A stretch of 64,000 nucleotides of DNA from an uncultured bacterium (GCA_964549305.1 CAZJVM010000003.1:31380-95379), one strand, 5' to 3'; shown: positions 8,531-18,868, counted from the stretch's first letter. Translations and numbers: made by a program. The notes: generated from the sequence alone by a model not told the origin.

Positions 8531-10462
8531 TTGAAATTTATAGAGAAATATAAACACGTAATATTTCTTTTATTAATTTTCATTATCTGTTTTTCCCTTT
8601 ATGTCCCTGCCCTTTTCTCCGTTGACGATATGGGATATTACCTGATGGGCAAATCCTTTGCCGAAGAACAAACCTTTCGGGTTTGGACGGGATATGAGGA
8701 ATTCAAGACTACTGCATTCGGAATATTTCAACCCGTATATTCACTTTCCGGTGATTCTCTTTATGTAAAGTATCCGCCCTTTTACGCATTCATATCAGCG
8801 CCTTTCTACAAACTCTTTCATCTGCGGGGTCTTTTTATACTTAATATTCTGTCATTTGCAGGAACAATATATTTTCTCTATCTCCTGTCGCTATCTCTCT
8901 TTGACAGCAAAAAGATGGGCGAAAGAGTTGTGCTGGTTTATGTTTTTGCCACATTTTCCGTCGAATACGCGATTGGATTATGGCCACATATGCTGTCGGT
9001 CTTTTTAGTGGTTTCGGGCGCCTACTTCTTTATAAAATACTTAAAGAGCGAAGATGCAGGCATTTTCAATATTTCGGCAGCCATTGCTCTCTTTGGCCTG
9101 TCAATAGGTGTTCGTCTTCAGAATATAGTCTTTTTGGGAATCGCTTTCGCGGCGATGATATTGTTAAAAAAGGATCTTAAAGCTGTATTTACCGCAGCAG
9201 TTGCGGGAGGTTCTTTTTTAATTATTGAGGGGGCAATAAACAAGGAGCGATTCGGATCCTTCGACCCTTTCAGCTACGGTCATTATAAGGGTAAAAATCT
9301 CGGATATTATTTGCAGTATCCGGAATACTTCGTGCTTTTTGGACTATTCGCGCTGTTATTCTTTTTATTCGCAAGAAAGAGAAAATTGTCTCCGAAAATC
9401 AAATATTCCATTATTGGGGTATCTTTTCTGATTCTTGTCACTGCGTTTCTAAGCAACCGGGTAATCAGGGGAATATTTTATTATTGGGCATATACGCTTT
9501 ACTGCAACCTTGTTGACCTTTCGGCGTTTTATAAAAAGAGCGGATTAATCATAGGAGATAGCGGCGCGATACTATATGGAGGAGTCGTGAAGAAATCTCT
9601 TTTGCAATCCTGTCCATATCTCATTTTGAGTTTTTTATCTCCCTTCATAATATTTAAAGAAAAGGGGAACAGAAGTGTTTCAATATTCCTGTCTTCTCTT
9701 TTGGTAATTCCCCTTGCATTTATTTCGAGTTTTTTCTTTCACGGAGGTTACGCCTTCAATATCAGGTATGCTTTGGAATTTTTGCCATTTGCAGTTATTC
9801 TTTTTTGTTGGTTAATCAGAAATATAAATTTTCAATTGAAAGAATTCCTCATTGCGGGACTTCTTTCATCTCCTTTTCCTTTTATTTTTTATTATCAGAG
9901 AGACGCAGGGTTGATAAAGGAAATGTTTATCCTGTATTGCCCTCTTCTTATGGCATCTCTGCTTCTGGTTGTTTTTGTCGTAAAAACCTTTAAAGGCAGA
10001 AGTATTTCAGTAGGAAGTTCATCATTTGTAAATATCCTGATATTGATTTCACTTTTCTATTCCTTTTCCGCGGGATGGGCAGGTGACCTTACGGCATCGA
10101 GGAGATTGAGGTTGAATAACTATTATTCCTATTCTTCCCTTTCCAAAGAGATAAAATCCGATTCACTTTTGATAATGCTTGAAGATATAGGTGTGGAGAT
10201 TCTCCCTTTAAAGGAGTACGCGAAAATACGAATTGCTTATGTGCCGGTTGAAAAAATTGAAACTTATCTCGGAATGATAGGTTATTATCTCGAAAAGAAT
10301 ATTCCGGTGTCTTTCATTTCTACAAAAACAAGCGCTGATGATATGAGGGGGGTATTGAGGGGATATTTTTCAATAAAAGAGAAAAAAATAGGAAAATTTG
10401 CTTTATTTGAAATAGTAAAAAGAAAAATCGATATGGATGTTTTTGAAAAGAAAGATGCGTAA
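8531..10462 (+). CDS. Integral membrane protein, GT-C-like glycosyltransferase candidate.
   Basis: About 12 or more TM segments. VDDMGYY(x9)G follows TM1, matching the first-loop motif of PMT/ArnT families. The start is a TTG, 13 nt downstream of a GGAGG. Confidence 0.45.
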   Translation: MKFIEKYKHVIFLLLIFIICFSLYVPALFSVDDMGYYLMGKSFAEEQTFRVWTGYEEFKTTAFGIFQPVYSLSGDSLYVKYPPFYAFISAPFYKLFHLRGLFILNILSFAGTIYFLYLLSLSLFDSKKMGERVVLVYVFATFSVEYAIGLWPHMLSVFLVVSGAYFFIKYLKSEDAGIFNISAAIALFGLSIGVRLQNIVFLGIAFAAMILLKKDLKAVFTAAVAGGSFLIIEGAINKERFGSFDPFSYGHYKGKNLGYYLQYPEYFVLFGLFALLFFLFARKRKLSPKIKYSIIGVSFLILVTAFLSNRVIRGIFYYWAYTLYCNLVDLSAFYKKSGLIIGDSGAILYGGVVKKSLLQSCPYLILSFLSPFIIFKEKGNRSVSIFLSSLLVIPLAFISSFFFHGGYAFNIRYALEFLPFAVILFCWLIRNINFQLKEFLIAGLLSSPFPFIFYYQRDAGLIKEMFILYCPLLMASLLLVVFVVKTFKGRSISVGSSSFVNILILISLFYSFSAGWAGDLTASRRLRLNNYYSYSSLSKEIKSDSLLIMLEDIGVEILPLKEYAKIRIAYVPVEKIETYLGMIGYYLEKNIPVSFISTKTSADDMRGVLRGYFSIKEKKIGKFALFEIVKRKIDMDVFEKKDA

Positions 10463-10464
10463 AC

Positions 10465-11982
10465 ATGACGCGTGAACAACCTTCCTGCATTGACAGATTT
10501 GATTTTAAAAAAAGAAATCATCTCCTGCTTTTTGTTTTCATTATTATCGCGTCGAGAATCCCTTTGCTCAATCTCGGTTTCGGTTATGACATTGACGGGT
10601 GGGTGGAAGCAAATTTTGGATTCAATACCATAAAAAACCTTGTCTATCTTCCCTCGAGAGGATTGGGTCATCCTCTTTATGAACTCTTTTTGTCGGGCCT
10701 TATAAAAATTGCGGAATTATTGTCGCTTCAAACATGGATTGTAACGAATACATTTTCCTTATTTTACCTGTTCATCTCATTATTCCTTTTTTACAGAATT
10801 CTTTCTTTATGGAATGTGGAAGGAAAGAATATTATCATTCTGTTTTACCCCTTTATACCGGTAATCTGGAAAAACAGCGCTATGACGGTGGATTTCAGCT
10901 TTTCTCTGATGTTTATTCTTATGGCCCATTACCTTTTGCTCAAGGGAAAATATGATTTGTCGGCTCTTATTCTTGGACTTGCCGCAGGATCAAGATTTCA
11001 GAATGGAATCATAATAGTTCCTTTTCTTTTCCTGATTTTTCAAAAATTCAATGGGCAATGGAAAAAAGCGGCGAGGTATATTGTCATATTCGGATTTGTA
11101 ACATTCCTTTTTCTTATTCCCTTCTTGCTCAATTACGGCACATCAATTGCGGAGAGATATCATTCCGTTGCAAACCTGGAATCAACTCCTCTTATGTATT
11201 TTCTTAAAGCGGGTTTCAGGGGGATTTACCGTTTCATAGGGATAGATGCAGCGATAATTTTATGCGTTCTCCTTCTCTTTTCAAAGGAGGGGTTCAAAAA
11301 AGTAACTTCATTTGTCAAATCGAGGGATGAATCAACTGTTTTTTCACTTCTCACGGTATTGCTTTTTTTAGCCCTTTTTGCGAAATTCCCCTACAAGCAG
11401 GAGTATATGTTTCCCGTTGTACCGTATTCTTTGATATTGTTTTATAACCTGCTCGGCAGAAGATTATTCCCCGTTATTGCCCTTATAGTAATTATAAACG
11501 GATTTGTGGTTCTACCTTCCGTAACTGTTGAATATACTCCCGAAGGAAAAATTTATCCCGTGATAAAGCCTGTGGGGAAGGGGACTCTTTTATCGGATAT
11601 TGACAAAAGAAAAGCGCTTTTGAAAGTAGATGATTTCGTGAAATCAGGAAAGATTCAAAAACACTCCATAGTCATATGGCACAGATTTCAGATGCCTTAT
11701 GTATTTTTAAACAGGCATAAAATTTACGATGAGGGAAACTTCAGAATAGAGGATAAAAAACTTCTTCCACTGGAATCCGTTTATGACAAAGAGCAGGATA
11801 TATATTTTACCGGAGGAGGGTTGATTAACGGAAAGAATGACGAGGAATTAAAACAGCTATATTCCGAAAGGAATGTTTATTACATACCATGCACTCTTAA
11901 AATAGTGTATAACAATACCGGAATCAATCTTCCCGATTACAATCCTATTCTTATAAAGGGTTTGAAACCTCACGAGTATTAG
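10465..11982 (+). CDS. Integral membrane protein, probable GT-C-like glycosyltransferase.
   Basis: Multi-TM N-terminal two-thirds plus a soluble C-terminal domain. Translationally coupled to the preceding membrane protein (3-nt gap). Confidence 0.4.
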   Translation: MTREQPSCIDRFDFKKRNHLLLFVFIIIASRIPLLNLGFGYDIDGWVEANFGFNTIKNLVYLPSRGLGHPLYELFLSGLIKIAELLSLQTWIVTNTFSLFYLFISLFLFYRILSLWNVEGKNIIILFYPFIPVIWKNSAMTVDFSFSLMFILMAHYLLLKGKYDLSALILGLAAGSRFQNGIIIVPFLFLIFQKFNGQWKKAARYIVIFGFVTFLFLIPFLLNYGTSIAERYHSVANLESTPLMYFLKAGFRGIYRFIGIDAAIILCVLLLFSKEGFKKVTSFVKSRDESTVFSLLTVLLFLALFAKFPYKQEYMFPVVPYSLILFYNLLGRRLFPVIALIVIINGFVVLPSVTVEYTPEGKIYPVIKPVGKGTLLSDIDKRKALLKVDDFVKSGKIQKHSIVIWHRFQMPYVFLNRHKIYDEGNFRIEDKKLLPLESVYDKEQDIYFTGGGLINGKNDEELKQLYSERNVYYIPCTLKIVYNNTGINLPDYNPILIKGLKPHEY

Positions 11983-12009
11983 GCAGGCAAGGAAGTTTCA
12001 GAACAACTC

Positions 12010-13191
12010 TCAGAATGGCGGCAGGTAAGTCCAGATTCTTTCATTCAACGCGCAACAACGGCTGCATTTGGGAAAGAGCCTGTTTTTTTTAAGATTGACC
12101 CTGAACTGCCGGTATTTTTCATTGTTCCAGATTTTTGCAAGTGTTTCAGTGCGAATATTGCCCATAGGCATATTCAGCGAGCAGGGATTTACCTCTCCGT
12201 AGGGATTTACTCTTACGTGGTACCACGGATACAGACATTTGTCGGTGAATGTAAAATCTGAATCGTTAAAATAGGAATTAACTTCGCGTTTTTTCAGCGG
12301 CGGGCTCGATTTAACCTCTATGCCGTATTTTCTACCTGTTTTCTTTGCCTCTGCAAGTTCCTTTATCAGCTCATCTGTATTTACATTCTTAAGTTGCTCG
12401 TCTATGTCCATATCACTGAATTCCGATTTTCCCCCGGAAAAGATTCTGTCCGTTTTCTCGAGCATTTCTTCCGTAATGTAACTTACAAAGGTAAAAACGA
12501 TATCCGTACCGATTTTTCCCGCAGTTTTGGCAACTTCGTTCAGATAACCTGCGTTTGCGCCTGAAACGGTGCAGTTAAAGCTCATATTCGGAAGATAAGT
12601 TCCTTTTTTTTCTTTTGCTCTTTGTATGAGTTGAACCGCATCGAGGAGCTTTTTGAATGCGTTTTTTTCATTTCTGATTTCGTTATGTATCTTTTCCGGA
12701 CCGTCCAGGGAGAAGACTATGGAATCAACTCTCTTTTCCACGATTAGAGATGCTGTTTGCTCGTTTATGAGGGTCCCGTTGCTTCTGAGGGCAACAGTAA
12801 GTCCCTTACCCTTAACGGCGCTTATTATATCGAAGATGTCCTTCCTTAAAAAAGGCTCACCTCCGGAAATGGTGAATATATTAACTCCCAGACTTTTTGC
12901 CTGCGTCGCGAGTTTTTCAATTTCCTCCAGTGAAAGTTCTCCTTTTTCTTTCCATTTTTCCCTGAGCTTAGAGTCCTTGTTTTTCAAATCACTCGCAAAT
13001 GAGCACATAGCGCAACTTTGATTGCAAAAAAATGTCGTCTCATAAACGAGTCTGTCAGGAGAGGGCGCGATGCCTTTTGAGAAACAATAATAAAACCAGT
13101 ATGGAAGATAGAATTTTATCTTAAAAATAAATCTCAAAAAAGGGAGAATCCCTTTGGGAAGTTTTTCCTTTATTAAAAATCTGATATTCAT
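12010..13191 (-). CDS. Radical SAM/SPASM-twitch enzyme, paralog of 1038..2150.
   Basis: CNQSCAMC motif, GGEPF, FSLDGPEKIHN. The C-terminal layout C-x18-C...C-x2-C-C matches the other two paralogs. Confidence 0.8.
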   Translation of the reverse strand: MNIRFLIKEKLPKGILPFLRFIFKIKFYLPYWFYYCFSKGIAPSPDRLVYETTFFCNQSCAMCSFASDLKNKDSKLREKWKEKGELSLEEIEKLATQAKSLGVNIFTISGGEPFLRKDIFDIISAVKGKGLTVALRSNGTLINEQTASLIVEKRVDSIVFSLDGPEKIHNEIRNEKNAFKKLLDAVQLIQRAKEKKGTYLPNMSFNCTVSGANAGYLNEVAKTAGKIGTDIVFTFVSYITEEMLEKTDRIFSGGKSEFSDMDIDEQLKNVNTDELIKELAEAKKTGRKYGIEVKSSPPLKKREVNSYFNDSDFTFTDKCLYPWYHVRVNPYGEVNPCSLNMPMGNIRTETLAKIWNNEKYRQFRVNLKKNRLFPKCSRCCALNERIWTYLPPF

Positions 13192-13227
13192 AAATCTGAA
13201 TTCGTCCTCAGAAACACTTAAAACTTT

Positions 13228-14640
13228 TTAAAAGTGAATAAGTTCCTTTATTTTGTCAAAATCCTCTTTGCCCAGCTCTTTTGTTACAAAAAGGATTATA
13301 AAATATATGAGAAGAAGCAAAGGGCATTTTATAAAAATATAAAAGCCGGAAGGTGAAACATAGCTTGTCAGCAGGAAGAGAATCCCGCCGGCAAAAATAA
13401 TTTTTATGAATGAGTTTATTTTGAGCGATACATGAAATTTTCGCTGAAGATAGATTAACATAATGATAATACCTATTAGAAATGTTGAGGTGGTTGCCAT
13501 TGCCGCGCCTGAAATTCCAAAGGATTTGATGAATAATAAATTAAAAATAATATCAATGGGAAGAATTAAAAGCGCAATATACATCGATGCTTTTGGATTT
13601 CCGCTGCCAACTATTATTGCCGAAAGCAAGGCGAGTATGGATGAAAAAGCGAGTCCGAAACTTAGAAACATCAACGGAAGATAAGCGTCGGTATATTGGT
13701 TCGTATAGAGCAATTCCAGTATTCCCGTTGCCGATGCGCTCATAATGACTGCAAGGGGAATGAGAAATATGAGCATATATCTCAGCGATTCGTTGAAGTA
13801 CTTTTCTATCTTGTAAAAATTCTTTTCCGCGACTGCCTTTGAAATCGATGGCAGGACTACAGTTGGAAAGCTTACGAATAAAATTGCGGGGACCTTGGCA
13901 ATGTTAACTGCCGCGGTATAAAGTCCCGTTTCCCTGTTGCTTCCGATAAGTGATTTTACGAAAAGAAGATCGATGCTCGAAATTGCCGTGATGCAAAAAA
14001 CATATAGAATGACCGTTGACGCGAAAGATAATATTTTTTTTAATTCGAAATTTTCATCTGACTCGGGATGTTTGCAGATTGACCTTGACAAAAAAAGCTC
14101 GGCAATTGCCGCGAATATAAGAGCAATGACAATTCCTTTAATTTTATAGCCGCCATATATAGCTATGAATACGAAAATAATTTTTGTCACTCCCTGAAAG
14201 GTGATAGAAACCGAAAGTCTTCCGAATTCCCTGATGCCGTTCATTGATGCCTGATAAATACCATTAATCGCGGTGGGAAGAATAATGAGAGTTGTAAGAA
14301 CGAGAAGGGGTGTAAGGGTCGTATCTTTCAGGAGGCGGGCTATTTGCGAACTGAATATTATTGCCGCTATTGTTACCACTCCCGCAAGAAGTGCCTGAAC
14401 TTTCAACCCTGTTTTGAGAATGGATTTTCCTATATTTGCAAACTCGGCGGTATACTTGGTTACTGCGGCATGCATCCCGGGCTGATAGGTCATATAGGTA
14501 ATATTCAGAAAGGACATCAAAACCCCGTATAAGCCATATTGTTCCACGCCGGCAAGTCTTGCAATGGCAATGTGTATTACGAAACTGCTCAATGCCAGAA
14601 AAATTCGGCTTACAGTGAGATATACTATTCCGCTTCCCAT
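13228..14640 (-). CDS. Polysaccharide/oligosaccharide flippase (Wzx/MOP superfamily).
   Basis: About 12-14 TM helices across 470 aa, with the typical MOP flippase hydrophobicity pattern. It sits inside the glycosyltransferase operon. Confidence 0.65.
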   Translation of the reverse strand: MGSGIVYLTVSRIFLALSSFVIHIAIARLAGVEQYGLYGVLMSFLNITYMTYQPGMHAAVTKYTAEFANIGKSILKTGLKVQALLAGVVTIAAIIFSSQIARLLKDTTLTPLLVLTTLIILPTAINGIYQASMNGIREFGRLSVSITFQGVTKIIFVFIAIYGGYKIKGIVIALIFAAIAELFLSRSICKHPESDENFELKKILSFASTVILYVFCITAISSIDLLFVKSLIGSNRETGLYTAAVNIAKVPAILFVSFPTVVLPSISKAVAEKNFYKIEKYFNESLRYMLIFLIPLAVIMSASATGILELLYTNQYTDAYLPLMFLSFGLAFSSILALLSAIIVGSGNPKASMYIALLILPIDIIFNLLFIKSFGISGAAMATTSTFLIGIIIMLIYLQRKFHVSLKINSFIKIIFAGGILFLLTSYVSPSGFYIFIKCPLLLLIYFIILFVTKELGKEDFDKIKELIHF

Positions 14641-14656
14641 TTTTAATTGATTGCTT

Positions 14657-15646
14657 TCAGTTTGAACAGTATTTGCAAAGATCTATATTCTTCCTTCTCA
14701 TTTTTTTCATTTCGTTTATTATCTTCAGCCTTTCGGGAGAATTGTAAATTTCATATATACTGCACTCGTTAACATTTCCTATTGTCCCTCTTTGATTCAA
14801 ATCCATACAACAGGGGCTTACATTTCCGTTCCAGTGTACGGCAAGTTGTCTTGTCACCGTATAACACAATCCTTTCCGCGCTTCTCCTTTTTCTGAAACT
14901 TCGATTTCTTCGCTTCCGTCCCACGAATGGAAACCGCGGGGAAGATATTTATCGGTTTTCCTGATTAATTGTTTGAAATCATCGGAAATGTTCTCGGGAT
15001 CTTCTATTATGGATACGAGACCTGTTTTTATATTCAGCCCTCGTTCCTTTATTTTATCAACAGTGTTATTTACATTCTGCAGAATATTTTCCCAGTTTGC
15101 CCCTCTTCTCCAATATTCAAAGGAATCCCTCGTTCCGCCGTCTATGCTCACAAGGACCATGTCGACAGCATTGCTTTCCAATATGGCATCGAGTTTTTTG
15201 CCTTTCAAAGAAACACCGTTTGTAAGGAGAGTTACATAGGGAAAAAGAATCTTTCTTTTTTTAAAGGAACCTATCATGGCGAGAAAATTTTCGAAATCGG
15301 GATGCAGAAGTGTTTCGCCTCCGTACCAAAGGGCGATATTGCTTACAGTAAGAAGTTTTGAGGAGACAATTTCATCCAATATTTTTTCAAGGGTCTTTTT
15401 TTCCATAAAACCCTGTGGCGCGTTTTGGTCAAGGGAGCACATCCTGCATTTAATGTTGCATAAGGAAGTGAACTCAATGTTAAGCCAGAGAAGACGAGCT
15501 TTTTTGGAGAATAACGATGAGAACTTAATGTAAGGAGAGCTGAAGAAAAACTTTTTATAAAGAGAACTGTTTAGAAATCTGCGGTATCGGTTTGTGAGAG
15601 TGTCGCTTTCTTTCCCTCTTTCATTTTTGCCGGTGCTTGAGCTCAT
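14657..15646 (-). CDS. Radical SAM/SPASM-twitch enzyme, third paralog.
   Basis: CNIKCRMC, YGGE, VSIDGGTRD. C-terminal cluster C...CC...C...CKYC. Confidence 0.8.
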   Translation of the reverse strand: MSSSTGKNERGKESDTLTNRYRRFLNSSLYKKFFFSSPYIKFSSLFSKKARLLWLNIEFTSLCNIKCRMCSLDQNAPQGFMEKKTLEKILDEIVSSKLLTVSNIALWYGGETLLHPDFENFLAMIGSFKKRKILFPYVTLLTNGVSLKGKKLDAILESNAVDMVLVSIDGGTRDSFEYWRRGANWENILQNVNNTVDKIKERGLNIKTGLVSIIEDPENISDDFKQLIRKTDKYLPRGFHSWDGSEEIEVSEKGEARKGLCYTVTRQLAVHWNGNVSPCCMDLNQRGTIGNVNECSIYEIYNSPERLKIINEMKKMRRKNIDLCKYCSN

Positions 15647-16325
15647 AGATGCTTATAACCTCTGTTAAGGTGTCTTTATTCTCTACATTGACAATTTCGA
15701 GCTTATTCTCATCAATTTCTTCTTCAAGGCCGGGATAATCTGCTATCGTTGACCAAAGGAGATAGATTCTTCCCTTTTCGGAAAGATGTTTGGGTGCTTC
15801 TCTCAGAAATGTGTGGCACACGTGGTCTTCGTAATCTCCGCCTCTGAATGCCCTTTCGTGCCAGCTTCTTGGGTTTCCGAGATAGAAAGGCGGGGTATAA
15901 AAAATCACGTCGAAAGTTTCACCCTCTACCGGTTCGAACATACTTCCTTCTTTTACCGTGAGTCTGTCCTGCAAACCGTTAATCAATCCGTTAATAGTTG
16001 CGCATCTTACCGCACTGGGATTGATGTCAGTTGCAGTCACGTTTTTTGAATACTGTGATGCAAAAACTCCTCCTATGCCCGAACCTGTGCCCAGGTCAAG
16101 CACGCGGTCAGTTTCCTTTATGCCAAGCTTATTGATGGTGTCGGCAAAATGAGGGCTGGTGGTGTAAAGTCCGGGATGAAAAACATTGGGAAGAACCACA
16201 ATGTACAGTCCCCGTATCATATTCAGACTTGGTTTATTTTTTCTGAAATAAAGAAGTTTAAGAATCCTGTATTTTATGAACTTGTATATGCGTCTTACAA
16301 AACTGAGCTTCTTTCCTCCCTCCAT
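15621..16325 (-). CDS. Class I SAM-dependent methyltransferase (MTS/HemK-like small domain).
   Basis: VLDLGTGSGIGG (motif I) and DVIFYTPPFY (NPPY-like motif IV). Confidence 0.6.
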   Translation of the reverse strand: MEGGKKLSFVRRIYKFIKYRILKLLYFRKNKPSLNMIRGLYIVVLPNVFHPGLYTTSPHFADTINKLGIKETDRVLDLGTGSGIGGVFASQYSKNVTATDINPSAVRCATINGLINGLQDRLTVKEGSMFEPVEGETFDVIFYTPPFYLGNPRSWHERAFRGGDYEDHVCHTFLREAPKHLSEKGRIYLLWSTIADYPGLEEEIDENKLEIVNVENKDTLTEVISIYELKHRQK

Positions 16326-17471
16326 CTAATTCTCCCTGTTTAAGTTCATTTGTAAAAAATTTTCAAGTTCCCGTGAAAATGCATCCAAAGAGAGGTTTTT
16401 ATTACTTTTTTTAATGTTTTCGGTGAATACTCCTTCGAGTTTTTCAGAGTAAAATTTAAGTATCTTTGAGGCAAGTTCTTCCGAATCTCCGGCTTCCGTA
16501 ATAAAGCCATTTTCACCTTCTTTTATTATATCAGGAAAACAACCTTTGTTTGAAGCAATTATCGGTTTGTTGCACGATAATGCCACCTGAAGCGCTCCAC
16601 TTCCCGTTGCGGAAAGATAAGGAAAAACGGCTATATCTGACGCAGACATATAAATGCCAATGCGGTTGCTCGATACAAATTTATCAACTATGATGACATT
16701 TTCTTTTAATCTCAGAGAGTCTATTTTTTGTTGTGCCGTTTCTCTTTCGTGCCAGAATTCTCCCACTATTAAAAGTTTGATATTGATTTTTTCCTTTATT
16801 GTCGCAAGGGCGTCGAGGAGATTATTCAATCCTTTATAGTACCTGACAATTCCGAAAAAAATTATAATGTTTTCATTTTCTTCAATACCGAGGATTTTTC
16901 TTGCTTTTTTCTTTTCAACATTCCATCCGTCATATTTGAAAACCGGAAGCCAGAGTTTTGCGGTTTTTGCCCTCGGTGAGATAGAAAGGAGTTTTTTCAT
17001 CTCTTCTTCCGAATGGACTACGATAAAATCCGCTTTTCTGAGGATTATTTTTGAAAGCAATTTTTTAAAAAAGTTTCTTTCGTGTTCAAATACATTGTGA
17101 CAGACAATCAGGACTTTTATGGATGAAAAGATATGAATCAGTGAAATAACCGTATAGAAATGAGGAAACCAAAACACTACCCACCATGGAATTACCACCA
17201 CATCAGCTTTAAAGCGTATGCACTTCCATATACAATTAATCCATGAGAAAGGATTGATTGAATCAAATGCCGAGAGTGCCTCCTTTTCATAGATAAAGGT
17301 AAAATCCGGCTCTTTGTCGGATTTGCCGGGAAAAAAAAGTTTCGGATATTGGCGTTTAAAGGTCAGAAAGAGTGTCTTGTTATTTTTTTTGAGCGCTTTG
17401 TAAAGGAGCGTTGTATTTAGTGAAATACCGCCTCTGTAAGGATAAGAGGGACCGATGAGCGCAATTCTCAT
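16326..17471 (-). CDS. Glycosyltransferase family 4.
   Basis: GT-B fold with the GT4 C-terminal signature region (...GFITEAGDSEELASKI). Confidence 0.75.
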   Translation of the reverse strand: MRIALIGPSYPYRGGISLNTTLLYKALKKNNKTLFLTFKRQYPKLFFPGKSDKEPDFTFIYEKEALSAFDSINPFSWINCIWKCIRFKADVVVIPWWVVFWFPHFYTVISLIHIFSSIKVLIVCHNVFEHERNFFKKLLSKIILRKADFIVVHSEEEMKKLLSISPRAKTAKLWLPVFKYDGWNVEKKKARKILGIEENENIIIFFGIVRYYKGLNNLLDALATIKEKINIKLLIVGEFWHERETAQQKIDSLRLKENVIIVDKFVSSNRIGIYMSASDIAVFPYLSATGSGALQVALSCNKPIIASNKGCFPDIIKEGENGFITEAGDSEELASKILKFYSEKLEGVFTENIKKSNKNLSLDAFSRELENFLQMNLNREN

Positions 17472-18445
17472 TTATCGGTCTCCGGACCTTTGTTTTTGTC
17501 GTTTTCCTTTAGCTCGATTTTTTTAACTCTGTATAGGGCTTCTTCGACAAGCTTTCTGTTTGCCGCTATGAGGTCGGCAATTACGCCTATTGTAACTATT
17601 ATAAATCCGATTATAAGAAGCACTGCCGAAATGATGAGGGACTGGATATGACCGTAAGGGCGGATGTTGAAAATGTAAAAATAGAGAAAGCGTATGAGCA
17701 GCAGAGAACCTACAAAGAAGACGGTGCTTCCCGCATAAACAAAAATTTTAAGGGGTTCATAAACCGTGTATATTCGCAATATGGTGGACATCGATTTTTT
17801 CAGATAACTCCAAATGCTTCTGAAAAGCCGTGAATCCCGTGTAGCGGGATTGGTTCTGACTGGCACGTGATGCACAGCGAGATTTTTCTTCCCTGCCTGA
17901 ATTATCGTTTCCAGTGTGTAGGTGAATCTCGATATAACATTGAGTTTTAAGGCAGATTCGCGGGAGAAAGCTCTGAATCCGCTTGTTGTATCAGGTACCG
18001 ATGTGCCGGAAAGCTGACGCACTGTCCAACTGCCCAGTCTTTGAAGAATTTTTTTGAGAAAAGAAAAATGTTCTATCTTCATTATTTCCCTGTCGCCAAT
18101 GACAATGTCGGCTTTTCCCTCAAGAATGGGCGCTACTAACTTTTCTATATCTTCGGCGCAATATTGGTTGTCGGCATCGGTATTGACGATGATATGAGCG
18201 CCTTTTCTCAACGCCTCGTCTAATCCCGCCATAAAAGCCTCCGCAAGGCCCTTATGTTTTGTAAATCTTACTATGTGATGGGCCCCGCATTTTTTTGCGA
18301 CTTGCGAAGTGTTATCACTGCTTCCGTCATCGACTATGAGAACCTCGATTTCGTCTATCCCTTCAATTTTCTTCGGAAGAGATTCAATAGTAGAGGGCAG
18401 TGTTTCCTCTTCGTTCAAGCAGGGTATCTGAATAATTAGTTTCAT
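17468..18445 (-). CDS. GT2 polyprenol-phosphate sugar synthase (DPM1/GtrB/ArnC-like).
   Basis: N-terminal GT-A domain (LIVDDGSSDNT; DAD/DxD) plus two C-terminal TM helices. This enzyme type supplies lipid-linked sugar donors for GT-C transferases. Confidence 0.75.
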   Translation of the reverse strand: MKLIIQIPCLNEEETLPSTIESLPKKIEGIDEIEVLIVDDGSSDNTSQVAKKCGAHHIVRFTKHKGLAEAFMAGLDEALRKGAHIIVNTDADNQYCAEDIEKLVAPILEGKADIVIGDREIMKIEHFSFLKKILQRLGSWTVRQLSGTSVPDTTSGFRAFSRESALKLNVISRFTYTLETIIQAGKKNLAVHHVPVRTNPATRDSRLFRSIWSYLKKSMSTILRIYTVYEPLKIFVYAGSTVFFVGSLLLIRFLYFYIFNIRPYGHIQSLIISAVLLIIGFIIVTIGVIADLIAANRKLVEEALYRVKKIELKENDKNKGPETDK

Positions 18446-18449
18446 TTGT

Positions 18450-18620
18450 TTATTTTTCCGAATCGTAACTTTTGTCAGACAGTTTATTTTCGACTATCAC
18501 ATTGAAATAATTTTTTGCCACCGTTGAAGTTCCCAAATCGGTAAAATGCACCGAATCAGTAAAATAATTTACCGTTGTTTTATCCACTTTCTTCGAATAT
18601 TCAAATTTAATGTAAGTCAT
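18450..18620 (-). CDS. Small hypothetical ORF (56 aa). Not in the ORF track.
   Basis: ATG at 18620-18618 and stop at 18452-18450. Sequence MTYIKFEYSKKVDKTTVNYFTDSVHFTDLGTSTVAKNYFNVIVENKLSDKSYDSEK. It ends 5 nt before the GT2 start. Only a weak RBS, no Cys. Confidence 0.2.
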   Translation of the reverse strand: MTYIKFEYSKKVDKTTVNYFTDSVHFTDLGTSTVAKNYFNVIVENKLSDKSYDSEK

Positions 18621-18868
18621 CTGAATTATTCCCGTAAAACCCTTTAACTTATTATACTGTATAAGAAACTATTATAAAGACTGTCAGGCAATAAATCGAA
18701 TAAAGTTTCTTTTAATTCAAGATCATGCCTGTCCAAAACAGATTTTTCATAACTTATATTTAACAGAGTCCCCTGATAAAAATACTGCTTAACTACGGAA
18801 AACAATACCTACACGGACAAAAGAACTTTGTGATGATTAGATATTTTTTTTAAAGACAACCTCTTTTA

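Noticed and set aside
8487-8531. A 15-codon upstream ATG ORF (MMNRRFFKFEIYREI) overlapping the TTG start of the GT-C-like gene; possible leader peptide.
   Set aside because: Too short, and with no independent RBS, to call. It is more likely incidental, and the GGAGG at 8513-8517 plausibly serves the TTG start at 8531.
17861-17876. Sigma-54-like TGGCAC...TGCA element, searched for because an NtrC-type activator is present.
   Set aside because: The GG to GC spacing is 2 nt short of the -24/-12 consensus, and it lies inside the GT2 coding sequence. No convincing sigma-54 promoter was found upstream of acs or elsewhere by eye.
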